64,000 bases of DNA from positions 52,037 to 116,036 of the forward strand of contig JAAVIC010000006.1 in the NCBI GenBank assembly GCA_014799385.1. Direction: 5' to 3'. The translations under genes and the position numbers were made by a program. Below the pieces are notes generated by a model. It did not search any database and was not told the origin of the DNA. It was given only the letters and a program-made list of their open reading frames with translations. Of this stretch, positions 29,990-39,257 are shown piece after piece. The number at the start of each line of letters is the position of its first letter. Position 1 is the stretch's first letter. Origin of the DNA: Oscillospiraceae bacterium (GTDB taxonomy: Bacteria; Bacillota; Clostridia; Oscillospirales; Ruminococcaceae).

Positions 29990-30169
29990 AAAGACAACCC
30001 AATATCATTACAGAAAAAAACGTTTGACTGAAGTCAACATAATATTGGGAATTGAAAAAAGGTATAACCATAAAGCGAAAACATTAGACTATAGAATGCA
30101 TTTTTGGGAACAAAAAAAGAGACATAATATCCTTACGGTGAAAACATTCAACTAAAATGAATATTTCAC
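29990..30169 (+). promoter_or_regulatory. Three tandem copies of leader element A upstream of the dockerin/transglutaminase gene
   Basis: Units at about 29990-30060, 30061-30120 (degenerate) and 30121-30169 (3' truncated) share TATCCTTAC(A/G)G-GAAA, the ACTAAAA loop and TTGGGAA. Confidence 0.6.
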
Positions 30170-30191
30170 CAATAACCGGAAAGGAACTGTT

Positions 30192-31658
30192 ATGAAACTT
30201 ACAAAGATTGTCTCGCCGATTGCGGCGATAGCGACAGCATTCTCATTACTGGGCGGGCTCGGTGTTTCCGCGTCGGCGGAAACGTATACATACGCGGCAC
30301 GTTCTTCGGTGGAAAGCCGCGACTGGAGCCGCTACACAACCTCAACAGCGACCGCAAAGCTCTCGGAAAACGAAAGGGAGCTGTACAATAGACTTGACGA
30401 GCTGTGTATGGACTACCTTACAAGCTCAAAGAATGCTGACAGAACAGAAAGTGGGGATTATTATACAGACACCATACGGATTGACGACCTCGGATTCAAC
30501 GATAAAGATGCGTTTGAGGTGCTCTCGTGGTTCAAACACAACAATCCGCAGTACTACTTTATCGAAAACGGCGCGGAATTTCGCACGTATACGTATACAT
30601 ATTCTTCCACACGTACCACCACATTGGAGATGGCGGTTAGTTTTCAGGATTTCGCGATAAACGGAGCCAAGCGCACGCAAATAACCAATGCGATGTTTGA
30701 TAAGCTCGATGAGTGGATTGACGAGTGTTCCTCGGAGAATGGCAGTTTGCAGAAAATCCGCGCGATCAACCGCAAAATCTGCGAATCCATCAAATATGAT
30801 CCGCGCGTTAGGGCGGGAGATGACAGCTACGCCGGCGGGAAAAATCAGTCGATGTATTCCGTACTTATGACCGATGAAACCGTCTGCGCGGGCTATGAAC
30901 TGACATTTGTAGCTATGGCGAACGCTCTCGGAATCGACACTTTGGCGGCTTACAGCAATAACCACGGCTGGAACGTTGTGAGATTCAATGACGGGAAGTA
31001 TTACTATGTCGATGTGACATGGAACGACACGGACAACGGCTATCCCGGATATGTCGAGGACTTTATCGGCATCGGAAAAAATACCGCCGCAAAAGTCGAT
31101 GCGGATCAACCTACCCGCGATTCCCATACATTGAAATTCAACGCGGAAAGGTGGCTTCCGACAATTTCGGCGATAGATTATAAAGAACCCGAAGAAATCG
31201 ATGATTTGTTCAAGGCACCTAAAAACTTAAGAATGATCGACTCACGAATTATGTGGGATGCGGTGTACGGCGTGCAGGAATATGAGGTGCAGGGCGCGTA
31301 CAACCCGCAATTTGATGATCCCGAGAGGTACGTTGCATCTGCCAATCAAACTTCAGTTGAGATCAACATTCCCTATGGAGCGGATACGGTTTGGATACGC
31401 GTGCGCGCAATTCGTATGGGCGAGGCATCCGATTGGACAACTTTGGTCGTAAATCCGAAGAATATGCAATTCCCGCTCGGCGATGTTGACGGCAGCGGAA
31501 AAACAAATGCCGCAGACGCCACAAAGATTCTCAAGCACCTTGTGGGTGCAATGGCGCTCACTTCCGATGAGCTTGATCGCGCTGATGTTGACGGCAATGG
31601 CAGAATGACTGCCGCAGACGCCACCGCGATTCTCAAGATGTTGGTTCAAATGGCATAA
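30192..31658 (+). CDS. Secreted transglutaminase-like (Cys-His-Asp) protein with C-terminal dockerin
   Basis: Signal peptide; VCAGY...HGWN...VDVTW triad; GDVDGSGKTNAADAT and ADVDGNGRMTAADAT duplicated Ca-binding loops. Confidence 0.85.
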   Translation: MKLTKIVSPIAAIATAFSLLGGLGVSASAETYTYAARSSVESRDWSRYTTSTATAKLSENERELYNRLDELCMDYLTSSKNADRTESGDYYTDTIRIDDLGFNDKDAFEVLSWFKHNNPQYYFIENGAEFRTYTYTYSSTRTTTLEMAVSFQDFAINGAKRTQITNAMFDKLDEWIDECSSENGSLQKIRAINRKICESIKYDPRVRAGDDSYAGGKNQSMYSVLMTDETVCAGYELTFVAMANALGIDTLAAYSNNHGWNVVRFNDGKYYYVDVTWNDTDNGYPGYVEDFIGIGKNTAAKVDADQPTRDSHTLKFNAERWLPTISAIDYKEPEEIDDLFKAPKNLRMIDSRIMWDAVYGVQEYEVQGAYNPQFDDPERYVASANQTSVEINIPYGADTVWIRVRAIRMGEASDWTTLVVNPKNMQFPLGDVDGSGKTNAADATKILKHLVGAMALTSDELDRADVDGNGRMTAADATAILKMLVQMA

Positions 31659-31678
31659 ATTGTAGGTTTATACAGACT

Positions 31679-31710
31679 GAATGCCCTCACGCTTTTCCGT
31701 GAGGGCATTC
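31679..31710. terminator. Terminator hairpin between convergent genes
   Basis: GAATGCCCTCACG-CTTTTC-CGTGAGGGCATTC. Confidence 0.75.
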
Positions 31711-31733
31711 GTTGTATGTATCTTGTGAGAAAA

Positions 31734-32594
31734 TCAACCGTTGTAGTTGTTATTATTATCGTAAGGATTATTGTTGGTGGGCTGTTGCTGCTGCTCGTAA
31801 GGGGTATTCGTAGGAGCAACATAAGGATTGACATTTGTGGGCTGCGCATATTGACCGTTATTAATCGGCTGGCTATACTGGTTGTTCATAGGCTGAGCGT
31901 ACTGGTTATTAGCGGGCTGCGTGTATTGATTGTTGACAGGCTGCGCATATTGATTGTTCATAGGCTGACCGTATTGGTTATTCATAGGTTGACCGTACTG
32001 GTTGTTCATGGGCTGACCATACTGGTTGTTTATGGGCTGACCATACTGGTTGTTTATGGGCTGACCATATGGGTTATTTACAGGCTGATTGTTGTAGGGA
32101 ATGAACGGGAGGGACTTCTTGACAAGACACATAATGCCGACAGCCAACATAACGATTCCCGCAACAATGGCGAAGATAAGCCCCGTTGCCGACGGACCTT
32201 GAATTATACCAAGTGTTTCATCACTTGAGGAGAACATACTGCTCATATGAGACCATATTGCGTTTGACATTGCGACAAAGCCTGTAACCGAGTTGAACAG
32301 GAACTGCCCGACAAATCCCAACACGCCTGCGACCGCCGTAACATACGCGGGTATCTTATTGCTCTCCCTGAACAGAAAAGCATACCCGACAAGGGCTAAC
32401 GCGAAAACAAAGCCAATAATAGCTCCGATTCTTGTCACAATTGCCCATCCAAACATAACATTAAAATCTTCGATTTCCTCAAATTCCTCAATGGAAAAGA
32501 CGTTGATAACGGCGATGATTCCGCCGACCAACATCATTAATCCTCCGATAATCAAACCAACGTTAAGTACTTTCTTAATCATGGCAGTGTTCAT
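31734..32594 (-). CDS. Membrane protein (about 4 transmembrane helices) with Q/N/P-rich repeat tail
   Basis: Hydrophobic N-terminal two thirds; about ten QYGQP(M/I)NN-type octapeptides; AGGAGG RBS. Confidence 0.8.
   Translation of the reverse strand: MNTAMIKKVLNVGLIIGGLMMLVGGIIAVINVFSIEEFEEIEDFNVMFGWAIVTRIGAIIGFVFALALVGYAFLFRESNKIPAYVTAVAGVLGFVGQFLFNSVTGFVAMSNAIWSHMSSMFSSSDETLGIIQGPSATGLIFAIVAGIVMLAVGIMCLVKKSLPFIPYNNQPVNNPYGQPINNQYGQPINNQYGQPMNNQYGQPMNNQYGQPMNNQYAQPVNNQYTQPANNQYAQPMNNQYSQPINNGQYAQPTNVNPYVAPTNTPYEQQQQPTNNNPYDNNNNYNG
31850..32095 (-). repeat. 24-bp coding tandem repeat (QYGQPMNN)
   Basis: CTGGTTGTT(C/T)ATGGGCTGACCATA-like unit repeated about ten times. Confidence 0.85.
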
Positions 32595-32607
32595 ATAATT
32601 ACCTCCT

Positions 32608-32675
32608 ATTTTTAGTTCCCAATAAACGTTTATTGGGGTTGAACGTTTTCGCTGTAAGGATATTGGGTTGTCTTT
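32608..32675 (-). promoter_or_regulatory. Leader element A copy directly upstream of the RBS of 31734-32594
   Basis: Follows TTGACA-N17-TAAAAT (32676-32704); ends TATTGGGAACTAAAAAATAGGAGG. Confidence 0.65.
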
Positions 32676-32865
32676 ATTTTATCATATTTTTACAAAATTG
32701 TCAAGTGTTTTCAACAAAAAACGGTTTGCTGCGAATAATCAGTGGCTGAGAAAAATCAGCACGATAATCAAAACTGCCGAAATCCCGCAAATTATCCAAT
32801 TTCTGGTTATAGTGCGTTCCAGTTTTTTGTCGTTTTTGCCGCGGTCAAAACGTTTAGCCATAAAA

Positions 32866-33939
32866 TCACCTCTGAAAATCTACCCGCGCTTTTGGACGCG
32901 TAAACGGGTTTTCTATGTAATGGTCTTTTTCGATCGTCTTGTCGGAAACGAGAAAGTAATCGTGCCGCAGAGCCTCGCCTCCGCCGGGCATTACGGGGTC
33001 GTCCCAGGTAACGTCCACGTGATACCATTTTCCGTCCAGTTCCACCATATTCCACATATGGCTTTCTCCGTTGCCGCGCCCGACTACGCATACACAATTA
33101 TATCCAAGCGCCTGAGCCAGATACATAAACGATTTGGAATAACCCTCGCAGAGAGCCATTCCGTAAACAATCGCCCCGTCCGCCTCGGATATATACTCGG
33201 GTCCGATTCGACTGTATTCTGTGTTGTTCACAATCCAATCGTGAATGAATAGAAGTTGGTCGTATCCCTCGGGCTGCCTCAGCGCATCGTTCAGAATATT
33301 CTGAGCTGCGGCGTTGAAATCGGAATAAAGCTGCTCTTTGTCGTTTCCGTCATTGCGGATTTCCGTGGCCTTCATTGATGTGACAGTCATATTTTGATAT
33401 GAGTATTGATAGCTGTTGCCAAGCTCGACAAATTGCGGATTGTCATAGTCAAACGCCCAATAAACCTTTTCAACGTCAAACTTATCAAATTTTGACCTGA
33501 TCAGCCTGCTCGGAAATTCAAATCCGTATTCTCCGTTCTGAACGGCATTAAAAAGGAGCGCGTATGCCATCTTCTGCGTTGCGTCAAGATGATTATAAGC
33601 CCATTTGCGCGTATAGTCCGTAAGCAGCGAGGATCTGTCCGGCTCGGGAATGACAAACTCCGGCTCCGTTGAGGAGCTTTGAACCGGTTGGACAGGAGTT
33701 GTCTGCGTGGAGGACGAGCTTGAGCTTGATGATATGTAATCCTCAATTCCGTCCGGCTTGACCGGGATTCCGGGGCGATAGTCGCTCGGTCGGCTCGGTT
33801 CTTCTGTCTGCACGGGTTCGGGGCGATCCACCGGGAGTTGGATCGTGCGCGATTCGTTCTCTCCGCACCCCGAAAGCAATAAGCACGCGGAGATGGCGAG
33901 TGCCGTAATTCCGGCGAATTTATGTTTCATTATAATCAC
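32866..33939 (-). CDS. Lipoprotein with transglutaminase-like domain
   Basis: Lipobox LLLSGC; P/S/T-rich linker; LCEGYSK...HMWN...HVDVTWDD triad. Confidence 0.85.
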   Translation of the reverse strand: MIIMKHKFAGITALAISACLLLSGCGENESRTIQLPVDRPEPVQTEEPSRPSDYRPGIPVKPDGIEDYISSSSSSSSTQTTPVQPVQSSSTEPEFVIPEPDRSSLLTDYTRKWAYNHLDATQKMAYALLFNAVQNGEYGFEFPSRLIRSKFDKFDVEKVYWAFDYDNPQFVELGNSYQYSYQNMTVTSMKATEIRNDGNDKEQLYSDFNAAAQNILNDALRQPEGYDQLLFIHDWIVNNTEYSRIGPEYISEADGAIVYGMALCEGYSKSFMYLAQALGYNCVCVVGRGNGESHMWNMVELDGKWYHVDVTWDDPVMPGGGEALRHDYFLVSDKTIEKDHYIENPFTRPKARVDFQR

Positions 33940-34090
33940 TGCCTTTAGTTATTCGGAAAATAGTTGCCAATTACGTTTTCGTTGCAAATGTTGTATTTTT
34001 ATTATACCATAAATTCGCAGAATTTATGGTATAATTGTCCATAATCGCGCGGAGTTTGCCATAGGCGAACGTATGCGCGTGGACATAAAT

Positions 34091-34122
34091 GTATAATAAA
34101 AGCATTTATGCTTTTATTATAC
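34091..34122. promoter_or_regulatory. Perfect 15-bp-arm palindrome containing TATAAT on both strands (operator candidate)
   Basis: GTATAATAAAAGCAT-TT-ATGCTTTTATTATAC; degenerate copy at 29955-29986. Confidence 0.55.
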
Positions 34123-34126
34123 CATA

Positions 34127-34195
34127 TTTTTAGTTCCCAATATTACGTTGATTTTAGTCAAACGCAGTTTGCTGTAAGGATATTGGGTTGTCTTT
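34127..34195 (-). promoter_or_regulatory. Leader element A copy upstream of the lipoprotein gene
   Basis: Follows perfect TTGACA-N17-TATAAT (34196-34224); CCCAATAT/ATATTGGG closing stem. Confidence 0.65.
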
Positions 34196-34239
34196 ATTAT
34201 ACCATGTCTTTCGACAAATGTCAAGTGAAAATAATTCCG

Positions 34240-35481
34240 TCAGAAATCCTCGATTACCTCGTCCGTTTCGTCAATGTCGGGTGAATGCCCCGAAACGGTG
34301 ATATGGTCGGGTTTGTCCTCACCGCGGTAGAGCAGCTTTAACAGAATCGGCGATGCCACGGAACTGCACAGGATAAGCAGAATCACCGAGGTGAAATACT
34401 TCGGCTCGACCATTCCGACCGCCAGACCCTTCTGCGCGACAATTAGTGCGACCTCGCCGCGCGTCATCATTCCAACGCCGATTTTCAGCGAATCCTTGTT
34501 GTTGAATTTCCAGATTTTTGCCATCAGTCCGCAGCCGACAACCTTTGCCGCCAGAGCGACAATTACGAATGCGAGCGAGAACCAAAGCAGACTCAGCGTA
34601 AATCCGTCAAAGTTGGTCTTAAGTCCGATTGACGCGAAGAATACCGGTCCGAACAGCATATAGCTCGAAATATCCATCTTGCCCGCGATGTACTCCGCGT
34701 CACGCAGATTGCAGAGGATTATACCCGCAACGTATGCGCCCGTGATGTCGGCGATTCCGAAGAATTTCTCGGCGCAGTATGCCATAATAAAACACAGCGC
34801 AAGCCCGAAAATCGGGATTCGGCGGTGATGAAGAGAATGCTTATCCAATACCTTGAACAGCATATAAATCAGGAATCCGACCACTATGCTGAACAGTATA
34901 AACAGCAGCGTCTTGATTGCGACCTCGGCGGGCTTTGCGTCAGTGGAACGGAATCCGATGACAAATGTCAGTACAATGATTCCTATTACATCATCGATAA
35001 TCGCCGATGACACGATTATTGTGCCGACCCTGCCCTTGAGATGTCCAAGCTCGCGCAGCGTCTGAACCGTTATGGATACCGAGGTGGCGGTCATTATCGT
35101 GCCTATGAACACACCGCGGAAAAACTCGTCCGAGCCGAACGGCGCGAATCCGAAAAACGCTCCGTACAGTGCCCAACCCAATACCAACGGAACAAATACT
35201 CCCGCGCACGCGATGGAAAGCGCAACAGGACCCGTTTTCACAAGCTCCTTGAGGTTGGTTTCCAGTCCCGCAGAGAACATCAGTAGCACCACGCCGATTT
35301 CCGCAAGCATTACGATAAAATCCGATTGGTTGACTATCCCAAGCATTGACGGACCGATAATCAATCCCGCCGCAATCTGTCCCACCACTTGCGGAGCTTT
35401 CAGTTTTTTGGCAACAAGCCCGAACAGCTTTGCCGCGATAAGTATAATCGCCAAATCCTTAAAACATTCATAGGCTGCCAT
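34240..35481 (-). CDS. Cation:proton antiporter (CPA2, NapA-like)
   Basis: GLIIGP, LMFSAGLET, ATSVSIT, AIIDDVIG and GMMTRGEVALI motifs. Confidence 0.92.
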   Translation of the reverse strand: MAAYECFKDLAIILIAAKLFGLVAKKLKAPQVVGQIAAGLIIGPSMLGIVNQSDFIVMLAEIGVVLLMFSAGLETNLKELVKTGPVALSIACAGVFVPLVLGWALYGAFFGFAPFGSDEFFRGVFIGTIMTATSVSITVQTLRELGHLKGRVGTIIVSSAIIDDVIGIIVLTFVIGFRSTDAKPAEVAIKTLLFILFSIVVGFLIYMLFKVLDKHSLHHRRIPIFGLALCFIMAYCAEKFFGIADITGAYVAGIILCNLRDAEYIAGKMDISSYMLFGPVFFASIGLKTNFDGFTLSLLWFSLAFVIVALAAKVVGCGLMAKIWKFNNKDSLKIGVGMMTRGEVALIVAQKGLAVGMVEPKYFTSVILLILCSSVASPILLKLLYRGEDKPDHITVSGHSPDIDETDEVIEDF

Positions 35482-35578
35482 ATTTTGTCACAGATTCCGT
35501 TATGGAATCTGCGTTTCACCTCACCTTGTTGATTTCATTGTTTTCCCAGCCGTGCGGCGGGGAGCTTTCTCTGTTTCT

Positions 35579-35704
35579 CAGACTGCCGATAAACTCTCGC
35601 ACCGCACCGCCGCAAAGCGGCGGTGCTTACTTTGTCAAGACTCGTCTGCGAGTGTTTCTCGACAGTCTGGGAGTGCAAATTAAATTGGCTTTTTCTACAA
35701 ACTG
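35579..35704. mobile_element. MITE-like element with exact 10-bp target duplication
   Basis: Ends CAGACTGCCGATAAA / TTTTTCTACAAACTG flanked by CTCTGTTTCT at 35569-35578 and 35705-35714; homologous to 12343-12509. Confidence 0.75.
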
Positions 35705-35858
35705 CTCTGTTTCTATTATATTCTTTTTCGATAATAATTTCAATGCCGAAATTGTACAATTTTTCTGCACAGTGTGGAAGTTTTTTCGGTAAATTGTGTT
35801 GACAATGTGAAAAAAATGTGGTATAATTAAAATATGTTATGCAATGGGGGGCTATTTT

Positions 35859-37220
35859 ATGGAAAATTCAAGCAATAGTAAAACATCGGGAAACGGGCGG
35901 TTTGGACTTTCATCAAGCGGTGAATTTAACGCTCCGTACGCGTATGAGAACATGCTTAAACTGGTAGCTCTGGCTGCGGGCGCGGGATTTGTTGCTCTGG
36001 TGATATTCGTATCAATAAAGGTGCTGCGCAATGTAATAGCCTCGCTTCCCGAGGGGGGCAGCGGCGACCAAAGGCTGTTTCCCGCGATTGTTGCGGCTTT
36101 TGTCATTTTCGCGGCGGTGGTTCTGGCTTTGCTTTTTGTCGGATTCACCATAAAATATGTCGGCACGGGATTCAAGTGTACATATGCCGCAAATGATGAA
36201 AAAATGATGCTGAATTACGGCAAAACCGAGTTTATTATTTTCTATCAGGATGTGGATTTGGTTGAATTTTCGCCGCGTTCGTTTTTTAACAAAATCAATG
36301 GGTATGATGTTCAGATTCGTATAAACGGTCAGATTCAAGAATTTTCCATTGTTTCGGACTCGTACATATCCCCCAAAAGCACACCGTTTTTCATTGTTAA
36401 AACGCAATCCGAAAAAATCCGCATCGCAAATGTGGACGTAAACGACGAAAACCGCACAGAGCGTGAAATCGCGATGAACATCGGCAGCGGACGCGCCATT
36501 TCCCAAGCGGAAATCGAGCGCGCCCGCACCAAGAAAACCTCTGTGTATGACCGTTTGGGCGAATTGTTTGACGAGGGCAGTGACAACGTTTCAAACGCTG
36601 AATCTCAGGAGTATGTATCTCCGTATGCGGGAAAGGTTTCGCCTACCGCCGAGGGGTATTCGGGAGATTTGCCCAAAGCTACCGCAATGTTCGAGCGGGA
36701 GAACCACGAAATAGTTCTCGATAACGGACGCGAACGCGACCTCTACGAGATTATGAAAACGGGTTCATTCTATGTAGCGCCCGATAAAAAATCCCTCCTC
36801 ATTGCGTTGATTATCTGGCTCTTACTTGGCGGGGCTGTGGGCGCCGTTATTGGTTATATCATCGCGTATTACACCAGAGTTTTCATTATGATACCCATTG
36901 TCGCTGCTGTAGTTGGCATTTATTTCCTAATTAACGGTCTGAAGCACCAACATGGGCGACAGTATCAATACCGCGCCGATGGTCGCTCTATGAAGATAAC
37001 CTCCAACAGAAAGCCCGAGGAGAACATCGTCTTCGACAATGTAAAGAGCGTCAATTACGTCCGAAAAAACCTCTTCGGAAAGCCCTATGCAATCAACGTT
37101 TCCATAGTCACGCGTTACGGAACTTTGAATTATCGCTACCTGTATCCGCGCTTTGGCAAGGAGATAAAAGAATCAGAATTGCCGTTCGCGATAATCAAGG
37201 ACAATATCCGCAATGAGTAA
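35859..37220 (+). CDS. Hypothetical membrane protein (two paired-transmembrane plus soluble-domain modules)
   Basis: 453 aa; hydrophobic helix pairs near the N-terminus and around residues 310-360; TTGACA-N17-TATAAT upstream. Confidence 0.7.
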   Translation: MENSSNSKTSGNGRFGLSSSGEFNAPYAYENMLKLVALAAGAGFVALVIFVSIKVLRNVIASLPEGGSGDQRLFPAIVAAFVIFAAVVLALLFVGFTIKYVGTGFKCTYAANDEKMMLNYGKTEFIIFYQDVDLVEFSPRSFFNKINGYDVQIRINGQIQEFSIVSDSYISPKSTPFFIVKTQSEKIRIANVDVNDENRTEREIAMNIGSGRAISQAEIERARTKKTSVYDRLGELFDEGSDNVSNAESQEYVSPYAGKVSPTAEGYSGDLPKATAMFERENHEIVLDNGRERDLYEIMKTGSFYVAPDKKSLLIALIIWLLLGGAVGAVIGYIIAYYTRVFIMIPIVAAVVGIYFLINGLKHQHGRQYQYRADGRSMKITSNRKPEENIVFDNVKSVNYVRKNLFGKPYAINVSIVTRYGTLNYRYLYPRFGKEIKESELPFAIIKDNIRNE

Positions 37221-37281
37221 AAAAATCGTTTATATTTATAAAGATTATCCCCGCCGTGTGGCGGGGATTATCTTTTCTGTG

Positions 37282-38556
37282 TTAACCCAGTAATTTCTCG
37301 GCAGTCGCGAGCTTCGCGCAAATGCAGAACAGCTCCATAGCTTGCCGCAAATCCGAAACAGACGGATAGGTGGGGGCTATGCGAATATTGCTGTCGTGAG
37401 GGTCTTTCCCGTAAGGGAACGTTGCGCCCGCGTCCGTGAGGGCTACGCCGCCCTCTTTAGCAAGCTGAACGATACGTTTCGCCGTGCCGTCCATTCCGTT
37501 GAACGAGATAAAGTATCCGCCGTTGGGGCGCGTCCACTTGCCGATTCCAAGCGGCATAAGCTCCTTTTCGAGCATATACAGCACGACCTCGAATTTCGGG
37601 CGGATAATCGCCGCGTGGAAACGCATATGCTCCTCGATACCCTCAAAGTTCTTGAAGTATTTCGCGTGACGAAGCTGGTTAAGTTTATCAAATCCGATAG
37701 TCTGGATTGCCATCTGCTTTTTGATGAAATCAATATTGTCCTTGGACGCGCAGATCACCGCCAGTCCGCCGCCGGGGAAGCTGATTTTAGATGTGGACGA
37801 GAACTCGAACACCATATCGGGATTGCCCGCCTTGCGGCACTCCTCAATGATGTTCAGCAGATGGTCGTGATGGCTGCTGAGATGATGAACGCAGTAGGCA
37901 TTATCCCAGAATATGCGGAAGTCTTTCGCGGCGGGCTTGAGATTCGCAAAGCGGCGAACCACCTCATCGGAGTATGTAATACCCGTGGGATTAGAGTACA
38001 TCGGCACGCACCAGATTCCCTTAATGCTCTCATCGGAGGCAACAAGACGCTCCACCTCGTCCATATCGGGACCATCGGATTTATATTCAATGTTGATCAT
38101 CTCAATGCCAAGCTGTTCGCACATAGCAAAGTGGCGGTCATAACCCGGCACAGGGCAGAGAAACTTGATTTTGTCATACTTGCACCACGGCTTCTCGCTG
38201 CCAAGAACGCCCAACTGCAGCGCACGGATAATCGTATCGTACATCATTTGAAGACTGGAGTTACCCCCAACGATCACCTCGTCCGGTCCGACGTGAAGCA
38301 TATCCATAAACAGCTCTTTTGCCTCGGGGATTCCGTCCAGAACGCCATACGAACGGCAGTCCATGCCGCTCTTGGACTTGCAGTCACCGTCCAGACAGTG
38401 CAGCAGCATATTGATTGAAAGGTCAAGCTGCTCGGGCGCGGGGATTCCGCGCGCCATTGTCAGGTTTACGCCTTTCTCCTTAAATTCCGCGTATTCGCGC
38501 TCCAAAGATGCCTTTTCGGCAATGAGCTGTTCTTTGTTCATTTCTGTGTATCGCAT
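37282..38556 (-). CDS. PLP-dependent aminotransferase class I/II
   Basis: ARGIP, GYDRHF, YSNPTG, WDNAY, STSKISFPG (PLP lysine) and IRIAPT motifs; start ATG 38556. Confidence 0.92.
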   Translation of the reverse strand: MRYTEMNKEQLIAEKASLEREYAEFKEKGVNLTMARGIPAPEQLDLSINMLLHCLDGDCKSKSGMDCRSYGVLDGIPEAKELFMDMLHVGPDEVIVGGNSSLQMMYDTIIRALQLGVLGSEKPWCKYDKIKFLCPVPGYDRHFAMCEQLGIEMINIEYKSDGPDMDEVERLVASDESIKGIWCVPMYSNPTGITYSDEVVRRFANLKPAAKDFRIFWDNAYCVHHLSSHHDHLLNIIEECRKAGNPDMVFEFSSTSKISFPGGGLAVICASKDNIDFIKKQMAIQTIGFDKLNQLRHAKYFKNFEGIEEHMRFHAAIIRPKFEVVLYMLEKELMPLGIGKWTRPNGGYFISFNGMDGTAKRIVQLAKEGGVALTDAGATFPYGKDPHDSNIRIAPTYPSVSDLRQAMELFCICAKLATAEKLLG

Positions 38557-38562
38557 TGCAAT

Positions 38563-38696
38563 TCTCCTTATCTTAATTTGCAAATCCAAAACCGCGCAAA
38601 TATCGGGCATAGCCCGATATTTGCGTTAGCCCCGCCGAATTTGCACGAGTTTCCGATAACTTGATTTTGGTTGTAGCAATCTGCACAAGTCACCGG
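38563..38696 (-). repeat. Modular leader repeat, copy 6
   Basis: CCGGTGACTTGTG...ACTCGTGCAAATTCGG...hairpin...GGATTTGCAAATTAAGATAAGGAG. Confidence 0.75.
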
Positions 38697-38828
38697 ACAG
38701 TAATTTTAATTCGGCGGAAAAACCATCATTAATAATTATACCACATTCCGATAAATTTTGCAAGTAGTTTTTCAAAAACTTGCAAAAAATAATGACTGCG
38801 GCTAACAAAAACCGCAGTCATGGGAAGT

Positions 38829-39257
38829 TTACATATCATCAAATGAATCATCGCTCGTCAATTCAGCCAATTTTTCACGTAATCTATGCAATTCTATGCA
38901 TTCAAGAATACGTTTTTGGGTGAAGTTGACATTGAATGGCTTGGTGATAACGTCCTCAGCGCCGAGGGCAAACGCGCGCTGAAGAACTTTGCTTGAGGGG
39001 TCGGCGCTGATTACAAACACAGGAACTTCATCGGTGTATTTGTTCTTGGAAAAATAATCCAGCAAGCCGAAACCGTCCATTACGGGCATCATAATGTCCG
39101 TAAGCACACAGCAAATCTTGTCCTTGTGTTTTTCGTATTCTTCAATAGCCGAAAAGCCGTTTTCCGCCTCGATAATGTCCATATCCGGAAACATATCGCA
39201 CAGTATAAGCCGATTGAACTCATAATCGTCAACAATTAATACGGTATTTTTTTCCAT
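38829..39257 (-). CDS. Stand-alone response regulator receiver protein
   Basis: LIVDD, LTDIMMPVMDG and ITKP motifs. Confidence 0.88.
   Translation of the reverse strand: MEKNTVLIVDDYEFNRLILCDMFPDMDIIEAENGFSAIEEYEKHKDKICCVLTDIMMPVMDGFGLLDYFSKNKYTDEVPVFVISADPSSKVLQRAFALGAEDVITKPFNVNFTQKRILECIELHRLREKLAELTSDDSFDDM

Noticed and set aside
31716-32228. 170-aa plus-strand hydrophobic repetitive ORF
   Set aside because: Antisense reading of the 24-bp VNTR in the minus-strand membrane protein gene.
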